Below, one piece after another: positions 19,524 to 29,302 of a stretch of 64,000 nucleotides of DNA; position 1 is the stretch's first letter; each line of letters opens with the position of its first letter. Made by a program: the position numbers and the translations under genes. Source of the stretch: Acidimicrobiia bacterium (GTDB lineage: Bacteria; Actinomycetota; Acidimicrobiia; IMCC26256; JAGNEX01); the NCBI GenBank assembly GCA_018003035.1, contig JAGNEX010000002.1, forward strand, positions 477-64,476. Direction: 5' to 3'. Below the pieces are notes generated by a model. The model did no database searches and was not told the origin of the DNA. It worked only from the letters and a program-made list of their open reading frames with translations.

Positions 19524-19901
19524 ATGACTCAAACGCTTATCGACATTCATTCGTTCTGGGGCTGGGTCGCGATCGTGCTCAACGGCGTGGCGGGAGTTGT
19601 GGCACTCCTCGCTTGGAAGCGACCCGCTATTCGAGGTGTGTGGGTCTGGACCCTGGTGATCGTCGCCCAGTTGGCGCTCTTGATCCAGGTCATCCTCGGC
19701 GTCGCCGCCGTCAGCGACGATGGCGTGACGGTTGCTCGTTTCCACATGTTCTACGGATTCGTGGCGTTCATCACGATCGGCTTGGCGTACGGCTACCGTT
19801 CCTTGATGCGCGACCGGGATCAACTCGAGTTGTTCTACGGGGTGATGTCCCTGTTTTTGATGGGGGTTGGCCTGCGGGCCTGGCTCCAGGTCGCGGCCTA
19901 G
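19524..19901 (+). CDS. hypothetical integral membrane protein (4 predicted TM helices)
   Basis: ATG 19524 is preceded by gggagggg. The translation MTQTLIDIHSFWGWVAIVLNGVAGVVALLAW... is strongly hydrophobic. The upstream part of the track ORF overlaps the fadD-like gene. Confidence 0.6.
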   Translation: MTQTLIDIHSFWGWVAIVLNGVAGVVALLAWKRPAIRGVWVWTLVIVAQLALLIQVILGVAAVSDDGVTVARFHMFYGFVAFITIGLAYGYRSLMRDRDQLELFYGVMSLFLMGVGLRAWLQVAA

Positions 19902-19919
19902 CCGAAAGGACGTGGGGAT

Positions 19920-21023
19920 ATGGCCCCGTTAGAGACTGTCGCCATCTTGTACGGCGGGCGTTCCGCCGAGCATGACGTGTCTCGTGTGACCGCTTCTGCC
20001 GTTGCCAACGCGCTCGATAAGGGCCGCTATCAGCCGGTCCTCGTCGGTATAGGGGTTGACGGGCGATGGTTGCGGAACGTGGACGCGGAGGCTTCCCTCA
20101 GTGCTGGAACCGAGGCGCCATCCTCAGGCCTGCTGATTGAAGGACGCCACGTCGTCCTTCCTCCGGACCCGACCACCGGCGGACTACTCGATCTAGAAAG
20201 CGGCGAATGGACCCACATCAGCGCGGTCATCCCGATGCTTCACGGTCCCCTCGGCGAAGACGGAACCGTTCAAGGGCTGTGCGAATTAGCGAACCTCGCA
20301 TATGCGGGCTGCAGCGTGGTTGGATCGGCGGTTGGGTCCGACAAGATCATGATGAAGCGGGCCTTCCGCGATGCGGGAATTCCGACGGCGCAGTGGATCG
20401 AAGTTCGTCGGGGTGAGCCCGTCGACGCCGGCGAGGTGATTGCCCAACTCGGCTCGCCGGTCTTTGTCAAGCCGTCCAACATGGGATCGTCGGTAGGAGT
20501 GTCTAAGGCATTCGATGAATCCGAGCTTCTCGAGGCGCTCGATCTCGCGTTTCGGTACGACTCGTGGGCTCTGATCGAAGAGGCGATAGAGGGCCGCGAG
20601 ATCGAGATCGGGGTGATCGGTGACAACGATCTGAGCTTGTCGGTCCCCGGTGAGGTCCGTCCCGGTAGCGACTTTTACACCTACGAAGACAAGTACGAAG
20701 ACGCCGTCGCGGAGCTGCTGATTCCTGCCCCGATCAGCGATGATGAACTGAACGAGATGAAGCGGCTTGCCGAAGCGGCCTACCGCGCGTGTCGCGCCGA
20801 CGGCATGGCGCGTGTCGACTTCTTCTATGACGAAGGAGTCCGGGGGTGGCTCGCCAACGAAGTCAACACCATCCCGGGGTTCACGCCGTTTTCGATGTTC
20901 CCGCGGCTCTTCGCCGCGAGCGGCGTGAGGTACGCGGCGCTGATCGACCGCGTGGTCGCGGACGCCAAGGTGCGTCAACAAAGCCGAGCGACCAACGTCG
21001 GGCAGCAGCGCCCCGGCAAATAG
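19920..21023 (+). CDS. ddl: D-alanine--D-alanine ligase
   Basis: VAILYGGRSAEHDVS, HGPLGEDGTVQGL, FVKPSNMGSSVG and NEVNTIPGFT motifs are present. Confidence 0.95.
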   Translation: MAPLETVAILYGGRSAEHDVSRVTASAVANALDKGRYQPVLVGIGVDGRWLRNVDAEASLSAGTEAPSSGLLIEGRHVVLPPDPTTGGLLDLESGEWTHISAVIPMLHGPLGEDGTVQGLCELANLAYAGCSVVGSAVGSDKIMMKRAFRDAGIPTAQWIEVRRGEPVDAGEVIAQLGSPVFVKPSNMGSSVGVSKAFDESELLEALDLAFRYDSWALIEEAIEGREIEIGVIGDNDLSLSVPGEVRPGSDFYTYEDKYEDAVAELLIPAPISDDELNEMKRLAEAAYRACRADGMARVDFFYDEGVRGWLANEVNTIPGFTPFSMFPRLFAASGVRYAALIDRVVADAKVRQQSRATNVGQQRPGK

Positions 21024-21051
21024 GTCTGGCAGGAGCTTGCGGTGTGCGCCG

Positions 21052-21297
21052 CTACTCGACCGACAAGTTGACGATCGGGCAGGTGAGCGTCCGCGTGATC
21101 CCGTCGATCATCTGAATTTTTCGGACGACCATCTGGCCCATGCGGTCCATCGTCGGTGATTCGACCTGAACGATCACGTCATAGGGGCCGGTGACGTCAT
21201 GCGCTGCGACGACCCCGTCGAGTGCACGAACGGCGCGTGCGACGCTTTCGGCCTTACCGACTTCGGTCAGTACCAAGACGTACGCGTTCACGGTCAC
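21052..21297 (-). CDS. stand-alone Lrp/AsnC ligand-binding (RAM) domain protein
   Basis: This 81-aa product has AYVLVLTEVGKAESVARAVRALDGVVAAHDVTGPYDVIVQVE, matching the AsnC-type effector domain without a helix-turn-helix. Confidence 0.75.
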   Translation of the reverse strand: MTVNAYVLVLTEVGKAESVARAVRALDGVVAAHDVTGPYDVIVQVESPTMDRMGQMVVRKIQMIDGITRTLTCPIVNLSVE

Positions 21298-21500
21298 CTG
21301 AATCCCCTTTATCGGCCCCGACAGGTCGGGTGACCAAGATTATGTACCGCTATTGGCTGACCAAAGCGAAAGTAAAGTCCCTGACCCGAGGAAGCGTACG
21401 CAACTCTCGCCCGTAGGATTGTCGCTTTGCGAGCGCCAAGAATGTTGCGCGCTGGGCACCTGAGTCCGCTGGGGGCCGGGGGTAACGCTCTGGAGGGGTC

Positions 21501-22784
21501 ATGGCACAGGTTGTGGTCATTGGCGCTGGTTATGTCGGTCTAACCACGGCCGCTTGCGTCTCATCGTTAGGACATCACGTTTCGTGCGTCGATATCGATC
21601 AGGGAAAGATCGACCGGCTCAACTCGGGACGGGTGGACATCCTCGAAGAGGGGCTTGAATCGCTCGTCAAGGAGGGCCTCGGCACCGGACGACTGCGCTT
21701 TGTCAATTCTGTCGACGACGTGATCGCCGATGCTGAGTACGTGTTCTTGTGTGTGGCTACTCCGCCCCAAGAGAACGGCTCTGCCGACTTGTCCTACCTC
21801 ACCACTGCGGTTCAAGACATCGCCCCCAAGCTGTCTCGTGGCGCAGTGCTCATCAACAAGTCGACCGTCCCCGTCGGTACCGCTCGCATGGTCCAGCAGT
21901 TGGTGAGCCGAACCGACGTTTCCGTGGTTGCCAATCCCGAGTTCCTGCGTGAAGGTTCGGCGGTTGCCGACTTCATGCGTCCTGACCGGATCGTGATCGG
22001 GACCGACGACCAGGCGGCGGCCATCAAGATGACCAGCCTCTATCTGACGGTTCCCGCCCCGGTTGTGGTTACGGATCCTCAGTCAGCAGAGCTGATCAAA
22101 TACGCGTCGAACTCCTTCTTGGCGGTGAAGCTCAGCTACATCAACTCGATTGCCGACATTTCCGAACACGTCGGAGCAGACATCAAAGACGTGCTCCTCG
22201 GTATGGGCTTTGACCCGCGCATCGGTGAGCAGTACCTGCGACCAGGCCCCGGTTGGGGTGGCTCGTGCCTTCCAAAGGACACCAGGGCTCTGATCCACAC
22301 GGCCGTCGAAGCAGACACCGACATTCCCGTCGTGCGGGCAGCAGTCGAATCCAATGAGCAGCAGATCTCGCGGGTTGCTCGGGTGATCGCTGGCCACCGT
22401 GCCGGCCCATTGCACGGGCTCACGGTCGCTGCGTGGGGCCTTGCGTTCAAAGCCGGAACCAACGACGTCCGTGACTCGCCGGCGCTCAGCGTGTTGGGGC
22501 GCCTTACCGAGCGTGGCGCAACCGTTAAGGCCTACGACCCGGCGTTCACAATGAACGACTTGAACCTTTCGGGTATTGAGGTCGAAGACGATCCCTATGC
22601 TGTGTGCAGTGGGGCCGATGTTCTTGTTGTACTTACTGAGTGGCCTGAGCTGCGTTGGCTGGACTTCGAAAAGGTCATTGAAGCAATGGCGGGAGCCCGA
22701 GTCGTCGACACACGCAATTTGTTGGACCGAAGTCAACTCGTTCGATTGGGTTTTGAATACTGGGGAATTGGTCGAGGGTCATGA
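21501..22784 (+). CDS. ugd: UDP-glucose 6-dehydrogenase (nucleotide-sugar dehydrogenase family)
   Basis: N-terminal Rossmann VVVIGAGYVGLTTA, catalytic GGSCLPKD, and the C-terminal UDP-binding domain. Confidence 0.85.
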   Translation: MAQVVVIGAGYVGLTTAACVSSLGHHVSCVDIDQGKIDRLNSGRVDILEEGLESLVKEGLGTGRLRFVNSVDDVIADAEYVFLCVATPPQENGSADLSYLTTAVQDIAPKLSRGAVLINKSTVPVGTARMVQQLVSRTDVSVVANPEFLREGSAVADFMRPDRIVIGTDDQAAAIKMTSLYLTVPAPVVVTDPQSAELIKYASNSFLAVKLSYINSIADISEHVGADIKDVLLGMGFDPRIGEQYLRPGPGWGGSCLPKDTRALIHTAVEADTDIPVVRAAVESNEQQISRVARVIAGHRAGPLHGLTVAAWGLAFKAGTNDVRDSPALSVLGRLTERGATVKAYDPAFTMNDLNLSGIEVEDDPYAVCSGADVLVVLTEWPELRWLDFEKVIEAMAGARVVDTRNLLDRSQLVRLGFEYWGIGRGS

Positions 22785-22950
22785 TGGGATCAAGAAACAG
22801 TGATGGTTCAAGCAGGATGAGCCGTTTTAGGCTTCTTTGCCTGGATGTGGGCCTGCTGTCGGGCTACAGTAATAATCACTGAGCGAGATCGAGCGCTGCA
22901 CAACACAAGGTTTGGCGGAGTAATCAACCGTAAACCTGCAGCGCATAGTC

Positions 22951-23000
22951 GGTGGCGTCGGTCGGGCTGTGGGGGACTGATCGGCGCCACCTCTTTTTTT
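22951..23000 (+). terminator. rho-independent terminator (3' end of ugd transcript or of an independent sRNA)
   Basis: 13-bp stem ggtggcgtcggtc (22951-22963) / gatcggcgccacc (22979-22991) with two G-U pairs, followed by tcttttttt (22992-23000). It lies 167 nt downstream of the ugd stop. Confidence 0.75.
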
Positions 23001-23340
23001 GTCTGCGAAAACTGGCCTCAGCGGGCGCGGTTGCTGCTCCACCCGGGTGTCTGACTCGGCCCTGTGCGTCGGATTCTGTGAGATTTTTTCGGCTAACAGC
23101 GCGCGCCTAATCCTTGTAATTGCATAAGAGTCACGCCAACAATCTGCAAAAACGAAGTGTGGTTTTCTGTCGATTGGGTGCTTAATAGCTTGTTCTGCGT
23201 GCGTGTCAGCGGATATACGACGGGCGTATGCGGGTCGTAGTGGTTTCAGTTGAACGCACAGGCGTAACACTATGTATCGGCAGTCACGCCACCACGCGCA
23301 GGCATATGTCAACGTCTTTGAATGCCGGAAGAAACAGCAA

Positions 23341-23385
23341 GAACAAAAATGAGGTGGGGGCGAGCGTGCAGCTCGCCCCCACCTC
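23341..23385 (-). terminator. rho-independent terminator of pckA
   Basis: Perfect 15-bp stem gaggtgggggcgagc / gctcgcccccacctc (23351-23385) with a 5-nt loop. On the minus strand it is followed by ATTTTTGTTC. It lies 60 nt after the pckA stop. Confidence 0.85.
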
Positions 23386-23445
23386 ATTTCGTTCACTACG
23401 GTCGCAAAAGGTCGAGTCTTCTCGACCTCTGGGACGTCAGCTGCT

Positions 23446-24984
23446 CTAGAGGACGGCCTTGGTGATGCGGTCGTCCAGCTCAGGGAAGCTCTCAAGAAAC
23501 GCTTGGCGCTCGGTCTTGAGGCGGTTGACCCAGTTCTCGTACTCCTCGACGCGGCCCTGTGCCTCGTACAGCTTGCGAGGCTGGAGGATGTCGACATCGG
23601 CTTCAGGGAATTCGGGAATCGAGACAGCGACTTCGTAGCCAAAGTCGGGGTCGATCTCCCACTCGATGGTTCCTTCGGCGATGCCCTTGACGATTGCCGA
23701 GCTGTGCGGAATCTTCACCTTCTTCGAGCGCTCATCACCATCGCCACCGCCGACGCGGCCGGTGTTGAGGAGGTACACCTCAAGCGGGTGGTTCTCGAGG
23801 AGTTCGAGCATCCGGTTGCCCTGCAGATCGTGCGGCATCGGGAAGAATGGGTTGGTGCCAGGAACGCGGAGGAACTTGCCCTCTTCGTCCTTGCCTCCAG
23901 CCGAGGTCCCGGTGGTCTCGCCGAGCATGAAGTACGCGGCAGCCTGGTCGGCGGGCAGCTTTGCCACACCCGGAATGACGTTCTCGTTCCGGTTGAGGAT
24001 CAGCAAGAAGTTGGCTGATTGCAGCTGGTCAGGATCGAAGTTGGAGACCAAGCTGAACGGGAAGGTCGAGCGGCCGTTCTTCGTGTAGGACTCGTTAAAG
24101 AAATCGATGTTGCCTTCTTCGTCCTGGAAGACGTTCTCGAGGTAGGCGTCCCGAGTGGTGACGGCGCCATAAATCGCCGGCTCAAACTCGGGGTTCAATC
24201 CGTAGGTCTTGGCGAAGCACCCAGCTTCAGAGGTGTACACCTTGCCGCCCGGCATCAAGGCGCAGAAGTCGTCCTGAACGGGCTTTGAGTCGTTCTGCGT
24301 GGTGAACGTGGTAGTCGTCTTGCCCGTGCCGGACAGGCCGACGATGAGGGCAACCTTTTGCTCGTCGTCCACGGGAATGACCTTGCAGCCTGCGTGCAGG
24401 GCGAGGCCACCACGGTCAAACACCATCTTGTTCCACATGCGCAGTCCGCCCTTCTTCGATTCGCCGAAGTAGTCGGAGTTGAACACGCGTGTGACGTTGT
24501 TCTCCAGGTCCACCGCGATCAGGCGCTCGTCGGGATAACCCTCGGCCGGCAGATTCGGGGTGTAAATCACGAAGGTCTCGGGCTCGTCGTGGACGACTTC
24601 GCCACCTTCGTAGAAGAGCTGACGTTGCATCGCAGCGATGTTGGCGTGCGAGGTTTCGATCGCCATACGTGCCTTGGTGCGGAACTCTGGGTCGGAACCG
24701 ATGAACCCATCGATCATCACCATGTCGGCGTTTGCGATGTGCGCGTCTTGAGCGGCGGCCAGGCGGTCATACTCGGCGCGGGTGATCGTGTTGAGACCCC
24801 TTGCCGACGCCGGGTCATCGGTGACGATGAACGTCGATTTGGAAGAGCGGGAGAGCACGTTGGTCGCGATGTTGTAGTTGTCGTACTCGCTCAAACGCGC
24901 TGTAGGCATTGCGGCCACCAGCTCTCGCAACTCCTCTGTAGAGGGGTTGTGCTTCAGGGACTTCGGTGAAATAGTGACCGACAT
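23446..24984 (-). CDS. pckA: phosphoenolpyruvate carboxykinase (ATP)
   Basis: The kinase-1a motif GLSGTGKTT in an ATP-dependent PEPCK context (IVGLSGTGKTTTTF, GCFAKTYGL, YFMLGETTGTSAGG), and a length of 512 aa. Confidence 0.93.
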   Translation of the reverse strand: MSVTISPKSLKHNPSTEELRELVAAMPTARLSEYDNYNIATNVLSRSSKSTFIVTDDPASARGLNTITRAEYDRLAAAQDAHIANADMVMIDGFIGSDPEFRTKARMAIETSHANIAAMQRQLFYEGGEVVHDEPETFVIYTPNLPAEGYPDERLIAVDLENNVTRVFNSDYFGESKKGGLRMWNKMVFDRGGLALHAGCKVIPVDDEQKVALIVGLSGTGKTTTTFTTQNDSKPVQDDFCALMPGGKVYTSEAGCFAKTYGLNPEFEPAIYGAVTTRDAYLENVFQDEEGNIDFFNESYTKNGRSTFPFSLVSNFDPDQLQSANFLLILNRNENVIPGVAKLPADQAAAYFMLGETTGTSAGGKDEEGKFLRVPGTNPFFPMPHDLQGNRMLELLENHPLEVYLLNTGRVGGGDGDERSKKVKIPHSSAIVKGIAEGTIEWEIDPDFGYEVAVSIPEFPEADVDILQPRKLYEAQGRVEEYENWVNRLKTERQAFLESFPELDDRITKAVL

Positions 24985-25345
24985 GGCACGCTCCTTGGCT
25001 GAGGTCCGGTTGGTGCCTCAGGCTGAATCGATCTCAAAAGCAAGTCCGACGATCGTAATGTGAGCAACCAGCCGGGATCGAAGCCACGACATCGACTTTG
25101 TCGAGCGGGCAATTCAGCGTGGCTGGCGTCAAAAAAAATTGCCTCACGTGCCACAACGGCAACGCGGCGTCGCCCGCCCGATCGGTGGTCTCGACCGTCG
25201 CCAACTTCAAGGGTGTTTGGTCGCGAACTCGACGTTCAACGCGGCACGAAATGTACGCGCCACCCGATGGGGGCGGCATACGTCAAGACCTCAAGCCGAG
25301 ATCGCGCGGCGCTGAATCTGGCCCGCGAGTTCGACAGCGGCGTCG

Positions 25346-25570
25346 TCAGTCCTGGCTGGTTCGGGCCATGTCTACTTCGGCGCCGGTCCGCACCTTGGTG
25401 GCCAGACCCGAGGCGTCGAGGTCGAAGACAACACGCTGACCCTGACGCAGCCACATAAAAACGGACCCGACGAGCGCATCGGGTGCGAGAAGAAACTCGG
25501 CGCGGTCTGCATCGCTGACCACGCGACCCTCACGTGTTTGAGGGTCGTAGTACATCACAACGCCTTGCAT
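25346..25570 (-). CDS. small OB-fold / cold-shock-domain-like protein (hypothetical)
   Basis: This 74-aa ORF lies 12 nt downstream of rpmB on the same strand. MQGVVMYYDPQTREGRVVSDADRAEFLLAPDALVGSVFMWLRQGQRVVFDL follows the spacing of a degenerate cold-shock domain, but the RNP motifs are not conserved. Confidence 0.45.
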   Translation of the reverse strand: MQGVVMYYDPQTREGRVVSDADRAEFLLAPDALVGSVFMWLRQGQRVVFDLDASGLATKVRTGAEVDMARTSQD

Positions 25571-25582
25571 CGGTGCAGGCCC

Positions 25583-25771
25583 CTAGCGCTTGGTGACCTT
25601 GCCAGCCTTGATGCAGCTGGTGCAGACGTGCAGGCGGCGCGGGGTGCCCTCGACGACAGCGCGGATGCGCTGAATGTTCGGGTTCCAACGACGCTTTGAA
25701 CGACGGTGGGAGTGGGACACCTTCATCCCGGTGCCTGGTTTTTTGCCACAGATGGTGCATACGGCGGGCAT
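25583..25771 (-). CDS. rpmB: 50S ribosomal protein L28
   Basis: MPAVCTICGKKPGTGMKVSHSHRRSKRRWNPNIQRIR is the canonical L28 sequence. Confidence 0.95.
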   Translation of the reverse strand: MPAVCTICGKKPGTGMKVSHSHRRSKRRWNPNIQRIRAVVEGTPRRLHVCTSCIKAGKVTKR

Positions 25772-26093
25772 TGATAGTCCTCGTGATCGCTTCTATGCCG
25801 CGCACGTTTCGCTGAGTGCGGGCTCATCGATGGCGCGAAACAGTGCTGCTAGGCGCCAAGCCGGGTAAGGCTAACAACTTTGGGTGCGTGCGGGCGAAGC
25901 GGCAACCCGGAGTGCGGGTCTTTCGCCGACACATGGCGACATTAGGGTAGGACGCTCGGGTCGCCGTCTACGGCCCGACAGCAAGACGCTATCTGACCTC
26001 TCCCGCTGACCCTGCTTGATGCGCTGGCGCCGACTCGCCGTTGTCTCGACCGCTGCGCCTGGGGGATCGGTGCTCGACGAACAAGTTTCCATC

Positions 26094-28373
26094 ATGACCC
26101 GACCGCCCGAAGCGCCTTTCAGTGGCAGCGACAATTTACGGCAGGAGCCAACGAAGTCGCGGCCGCAGGTCGAGTCATCGAGCGGCACCCCGCAACGCCC
26201 GCCGGCACAATCAGCTCGGCATGCCCAAGCGTCGCAGCAGGCCCAGACGGTTGAACCGCGTACGCTGCGGAGCATTGCGGATATCCCGCTGACCCGCCTG
26301 CGCGGAGTGGGCCCGGCAATGCTGAACCGCCTCGACCAGGTAGGAATTGCCAACATCCTTGATCTGGTCACCTACTACCCGCGGCGCTGGGTGGATCGCA
26401 GTGAACAGCAGCCGATCGCCGGCACCCAAGAAGGCGACGAAGTCACCGTTGTCGGGGACGTGACGGCCATTCGAGCAACCCGCACCCGGCAGCGCAGAAC
26501 CATGGTTCAGGCCACGGTGTCTGATGGCACCGCAAAGATCGCGGTGACCTTTTTCAATCAAGGTTGGCGTGAGCGACAGCTGTCGGTCGGCACGACGGTT
26601 GCCCTCTACGGAAAAGTGGGGCTTTTTCGTGGACAACGACAATTGACCAACCCCACCGTCGATGTCCTCGGCACCTCAGCAGAACGCCAGACGGGCGTGG
26701 TCGTCCCGCTTTATCCCTCGAGTGAGAAGGCAGACATCGGCAGCGGCCAGTTGTCGCGCCTGATCCGAACGGCGCTCGGGCGGATTGTCGAGTTCGCCGA
26801 CCCGGTGCCGGAGGGTTTCCGCCGTCAGCACGGTTTGTCGGATCGAACTTGGGCGATGAACGCCATTCACGCGCCCGAATCGATCGCCGACGCGATGAAG
26901 GCGCGACGGCGGCTCGCACTGGACGAGTTCTTGCGGATGCAGGTCGCGCTCGTCGCCAGGCGAAGACGCTACGAGGCGGAGACGACCGGCGTGGTGTGCG
27001 ATGGCGACACTGGCCTCGTTCCGCAGATGACCGTCCGAACGGGCTTTGCCCTCACCGCGGATCAGGTCGCTGCGATCGACGCGATCCACTCCGATATGGC
27101 GCGGACCATCCCAATGGCCCGACTCCTCCAAGGGGACGTGGGCTCGGGCAAAACTCTCGTCGCCGTGGCAGCGATGCTTCGGGCGGTCGAGTCCGGTCAT
27201 CAAGCGATTCTGATGGCGCCGACCGAAGTGCTCGCCGAGCAACATGCGACAGGGATCAGGGCACTGGTCGACGGCCTGAACGTTGCAGCTCCCGATACCT
27301 TGCTTGGCGAACGCCCTGTCCGACTTGCGCTCCTCACCAACCAAACACCTGCCTCGGAACGAAAGATGCTCGCCACGGCGCTGACCCGCGGCGAGGTCGA
27401 CCTTGTGATCGGCACCCATGCCCTGCTCTTTGGCGAATGGCACTACAAATCGCTCGCTCTGGTCGTCGTCGACGAACAACACCGATTCGGCGTCGAACAG
27501 CGCGCTGCTCTGACGGCTCGAGCGGTGCCGCCGCATCAGTTGGTGATGACAGCGACCCCCATCCCTCGGACGGCGGCCATGCTGATCTACGGCGATCTGG
27601 ATCGCTCCGAATTACGAGAGATGCCACCCGGGCGCACCCCGATCCACACCCGGCTGGTGGGTAGTGACAGCGCCGGCGACGCGGCGGTTATCGAACAAGT
27701 CCGCTCGGAGGTCGCCGCTGGTCGCCAGGCCTACGTCGTCTTTCCACTTGTGAGCCCGTCGGAGAATGTCGAGGCCCGAGACGCAACGACCGCATTCGAA
27801 GAGTTGCGATACGGCCCGTTCACCGATCTTTCCGTCGGCCTGCTACATGGCCAGATGCCCGCTTCTGCCAAAGCGGACGCCATGGACGCGTTCCGCTCGG
27901 GAGCGACCGACATCCTGATCGCTACAACGGTTATCGAAGTCGGCGTGGACGTTCCGAATGCGACGGTGATGGTCATCTATGACGCCGACCGCTTCGGACT
28001 CTCCCAGTTGCACCAGTTGCGAGGCCGGGTTGGCCGTGGCCGGCACGCCTCAACCTGCCTTCTGGTTGCGTCTCCACAAACAACCGTTGGTGACAAACGC
28101 CTGCAAGCAATGGTCGAGTCTTCCGACGGTTTCGCCTTGGCCGAGATCGATCTAGAGCTACGGGGAGCGGGGGAGGTCTTTGGCGAACGTCAAGCCGGAA
28201 TCAGTGATCTCAAACTCGGGAGAATCCCTCGCGACACGGGGCTCGTCGACTTGGCGCGCCAACTCGCCGAACAGATGGTCGGCGACGATCCATACCTCGA
28301 CAGTTGCCCACAGATGAGAGAAGAGATCACGGATCTACTCGGCGACGACGCTGACTTCCTGTTCAAGCACTAG
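26094..28373 (+). CDS. recG: ATP-dependent DNA helicase RecG
   Basis: Wedge-domain region, Walker A GDVGSGKT, DEQHRFGV, TATPIPRT, and the C-terminal QLRGRVGRG. The start is taken at ATG 26094; the track ORF begins at 26016. Confidence 0.93.
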   Translation: MTRPPEAPFSGSDNLRQEPTKSRPQVESSSGTPQRPPAQSARHAQASQQAQTVEPRTLRSIADIPLTRLRGVGPAMLNRLDQVGIANILDLVTYYPRRWVDRSEQQPIAGTQEGDEVTVVGDVTAIRATRTRQRRTMVQATVSDGTAKIAVTFFNQGWRERQLSVGTTVALYGKVGLFRGQRQLTNPTVDVLGTSAERQTGVVVPLYPSSEKADIGSGQLSRLIRTALGRIVEFADPVPEGFRRQHGLSDRTWAMNAIHAPESIADAMKARRRLALDEFLRMQVALVARRRRYEAETTGVVCDGDTGLVPQMTVRTGFALTADQVAAIDAIHSDMARTIPMARLLQGDVGSGKTLVAVAAMLRAVESGHQAILMAPTEVLAEQHATGIRALVDGLNVAAPDTLLGERPVRLALLTNQTPASERKMLATALTRGEVDLVIGTHALLFGEWHYKSLALVVVDEQHRFGVEQRAALTARAVPPHQLVMTATPIPRTAAMLIYGDLDRSELREMPPGRTPIHTRLVGSDSAGDAAVIEQVRSEVAAGRQAYVVFPLVSPSENVEARDATTAFEELRYGPFTDLSVGLLHGQMPASAKADAMDAFRSGATDILIATTVIEVGVDVPNATVMVIYDADRFGLSQLHQLRGRVGRGRHASTCLLVASPQTTVGDKRLQAMVESSDGFALAEIDLELRGAGEVFGERQAGISDLKLGRIPRDTGLVDLARQLAEQMVGDDPYLDSCPQMREEITDLLGDDADFLFKH

Positions 28374-28461
28374 GCCTAGGGTGCAGCGGTGCGCAGAGCG
28401 CGACCCGGTCGGCGTCTGAACCGCCGAGCGTCCGAGCGTCCGACCTGTACGTGAGTTTGTG

Positions 28462-28953
28462 TCAGACCTGTTCGAGGGCTTCGGTGATGGCGGTGGTCAC
28501 GGCGTCATCTTCGGGGTCGACGGTGGGTTCGAAACGGGCCAGGACGCTGCCGTCGCGGTCGATCAAGAACTTCTCGAAGTTCCAGCGAATGTCCCCTGTA
28601 TGTCCCGAGGCATCCGCGACTTCTACGAGGTCGGCGTAGATCGGGTGACGGTCGGGGCCGTTTACGTCGATCTTCTCGAAAACGGGAAACGTCACCCCGT
28701 AGTTGGTGGAGCAAAACTCGGCGATCTCGTCGGGGCTCCCCGGTTCTTGACCTGCGAACTGGTTGCACGGGAACGCAAGGACCGAAAAGCCGTCATCGCC
28801 GAACCGGTTTTGCAGATTCTGAAGCCCGTCATATTGAGGGGTCAGACCGCATTTCGAAGCCACGTTCACGACCAGGGTCACCTTGCCCGCGTAGCGGCCG
28901 AGGTCGCCGTAGTGTCCGGTGAGGGTCGCGATCTCATGGTCGTAGATGGACAT
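28462..28953 (-). CDS. glutathione peroxidase (Cys-type)
   Basis: Gpx signatures VVNVASKCGLTPQY, LAFPCNQFAGQEPG and WNFEKFL are present. Confidence 0.92.
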   Translation of the reverse strand: MSIYDHEIATLTGHYGDLGRYAGKVTLVVNVASKCGLTPQYDGLQNLQNRFGDDGFSVLAFPCNQFAGQEPGSPDEIAEFCSTNYGVTFPVFEKIDVNGPDRHPIYADLVEVADASGHTGDIRWNFEKFLIDRDGSVLARFEPTVDPEDDAVTTAITEALEQV

Positions 28954-29302
28954 TTGGGTACTCCCTAGGTTCTGTCGGCACCAGGCGCGGGTCGTCCGAA
29001 CAGGTCGCCTCGGCCAGCGGTGAACGCCGCGTCAACGGTGGCGATAGACCGGGACGCCAACCGAAACGCGCGGCACACCGTGGCTGGCAGGGTATTCGTG
29101 CCATGCGACGCGATCAAGTGTCTGGTGGCCCGTTGAGGACCTCGGGCAGTACTCGTTTTGGGTCCTAACCCGTTGAAGGAGTTCACCGGCATCCGTCGGT
29201 TGTCTCAACGAGGCCACCGCTCATCTCCTGACTGGAATAAATGGCGCTGTGCTGGGAAGATTCCCCCGCGGGCGAGGCGAGGTTCCAACACAAGCGTCAT
29301 AC

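Noticed and set aside
22827-23642. 271-aa minus-strand ORF spanning the ugd-pckA spacer and running into pckA
   Set aside because: It overlaps the pckA 3' end and both terminators, its translation has no protein-like features, and the region is better explained as non-coding.
25125-25180. A8/T8 tract (25131-25138) as a minus-strand terminator for the rpmB operon, upstream of pckA
   Set aside because: The adjacent stem (ttgcc...ggcaa) has only about 5 bp and a poorly paired interior. That is too weak to call a terminator, although the homopolymer is unusual for this GC content.
26676-27536. 286-aa ORF antisense to recG. Similar shadow ORFs occur at 20286-20981 (ddl), 22083-22736 (ugd), 24358-24969 (pckA), 34987-35781 (smc) and 40207-40713 (ffh).
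   Set aside because: All lie opposite genes with clear family motifs and have Arg/His/Asp-rich, low-complexity translations.
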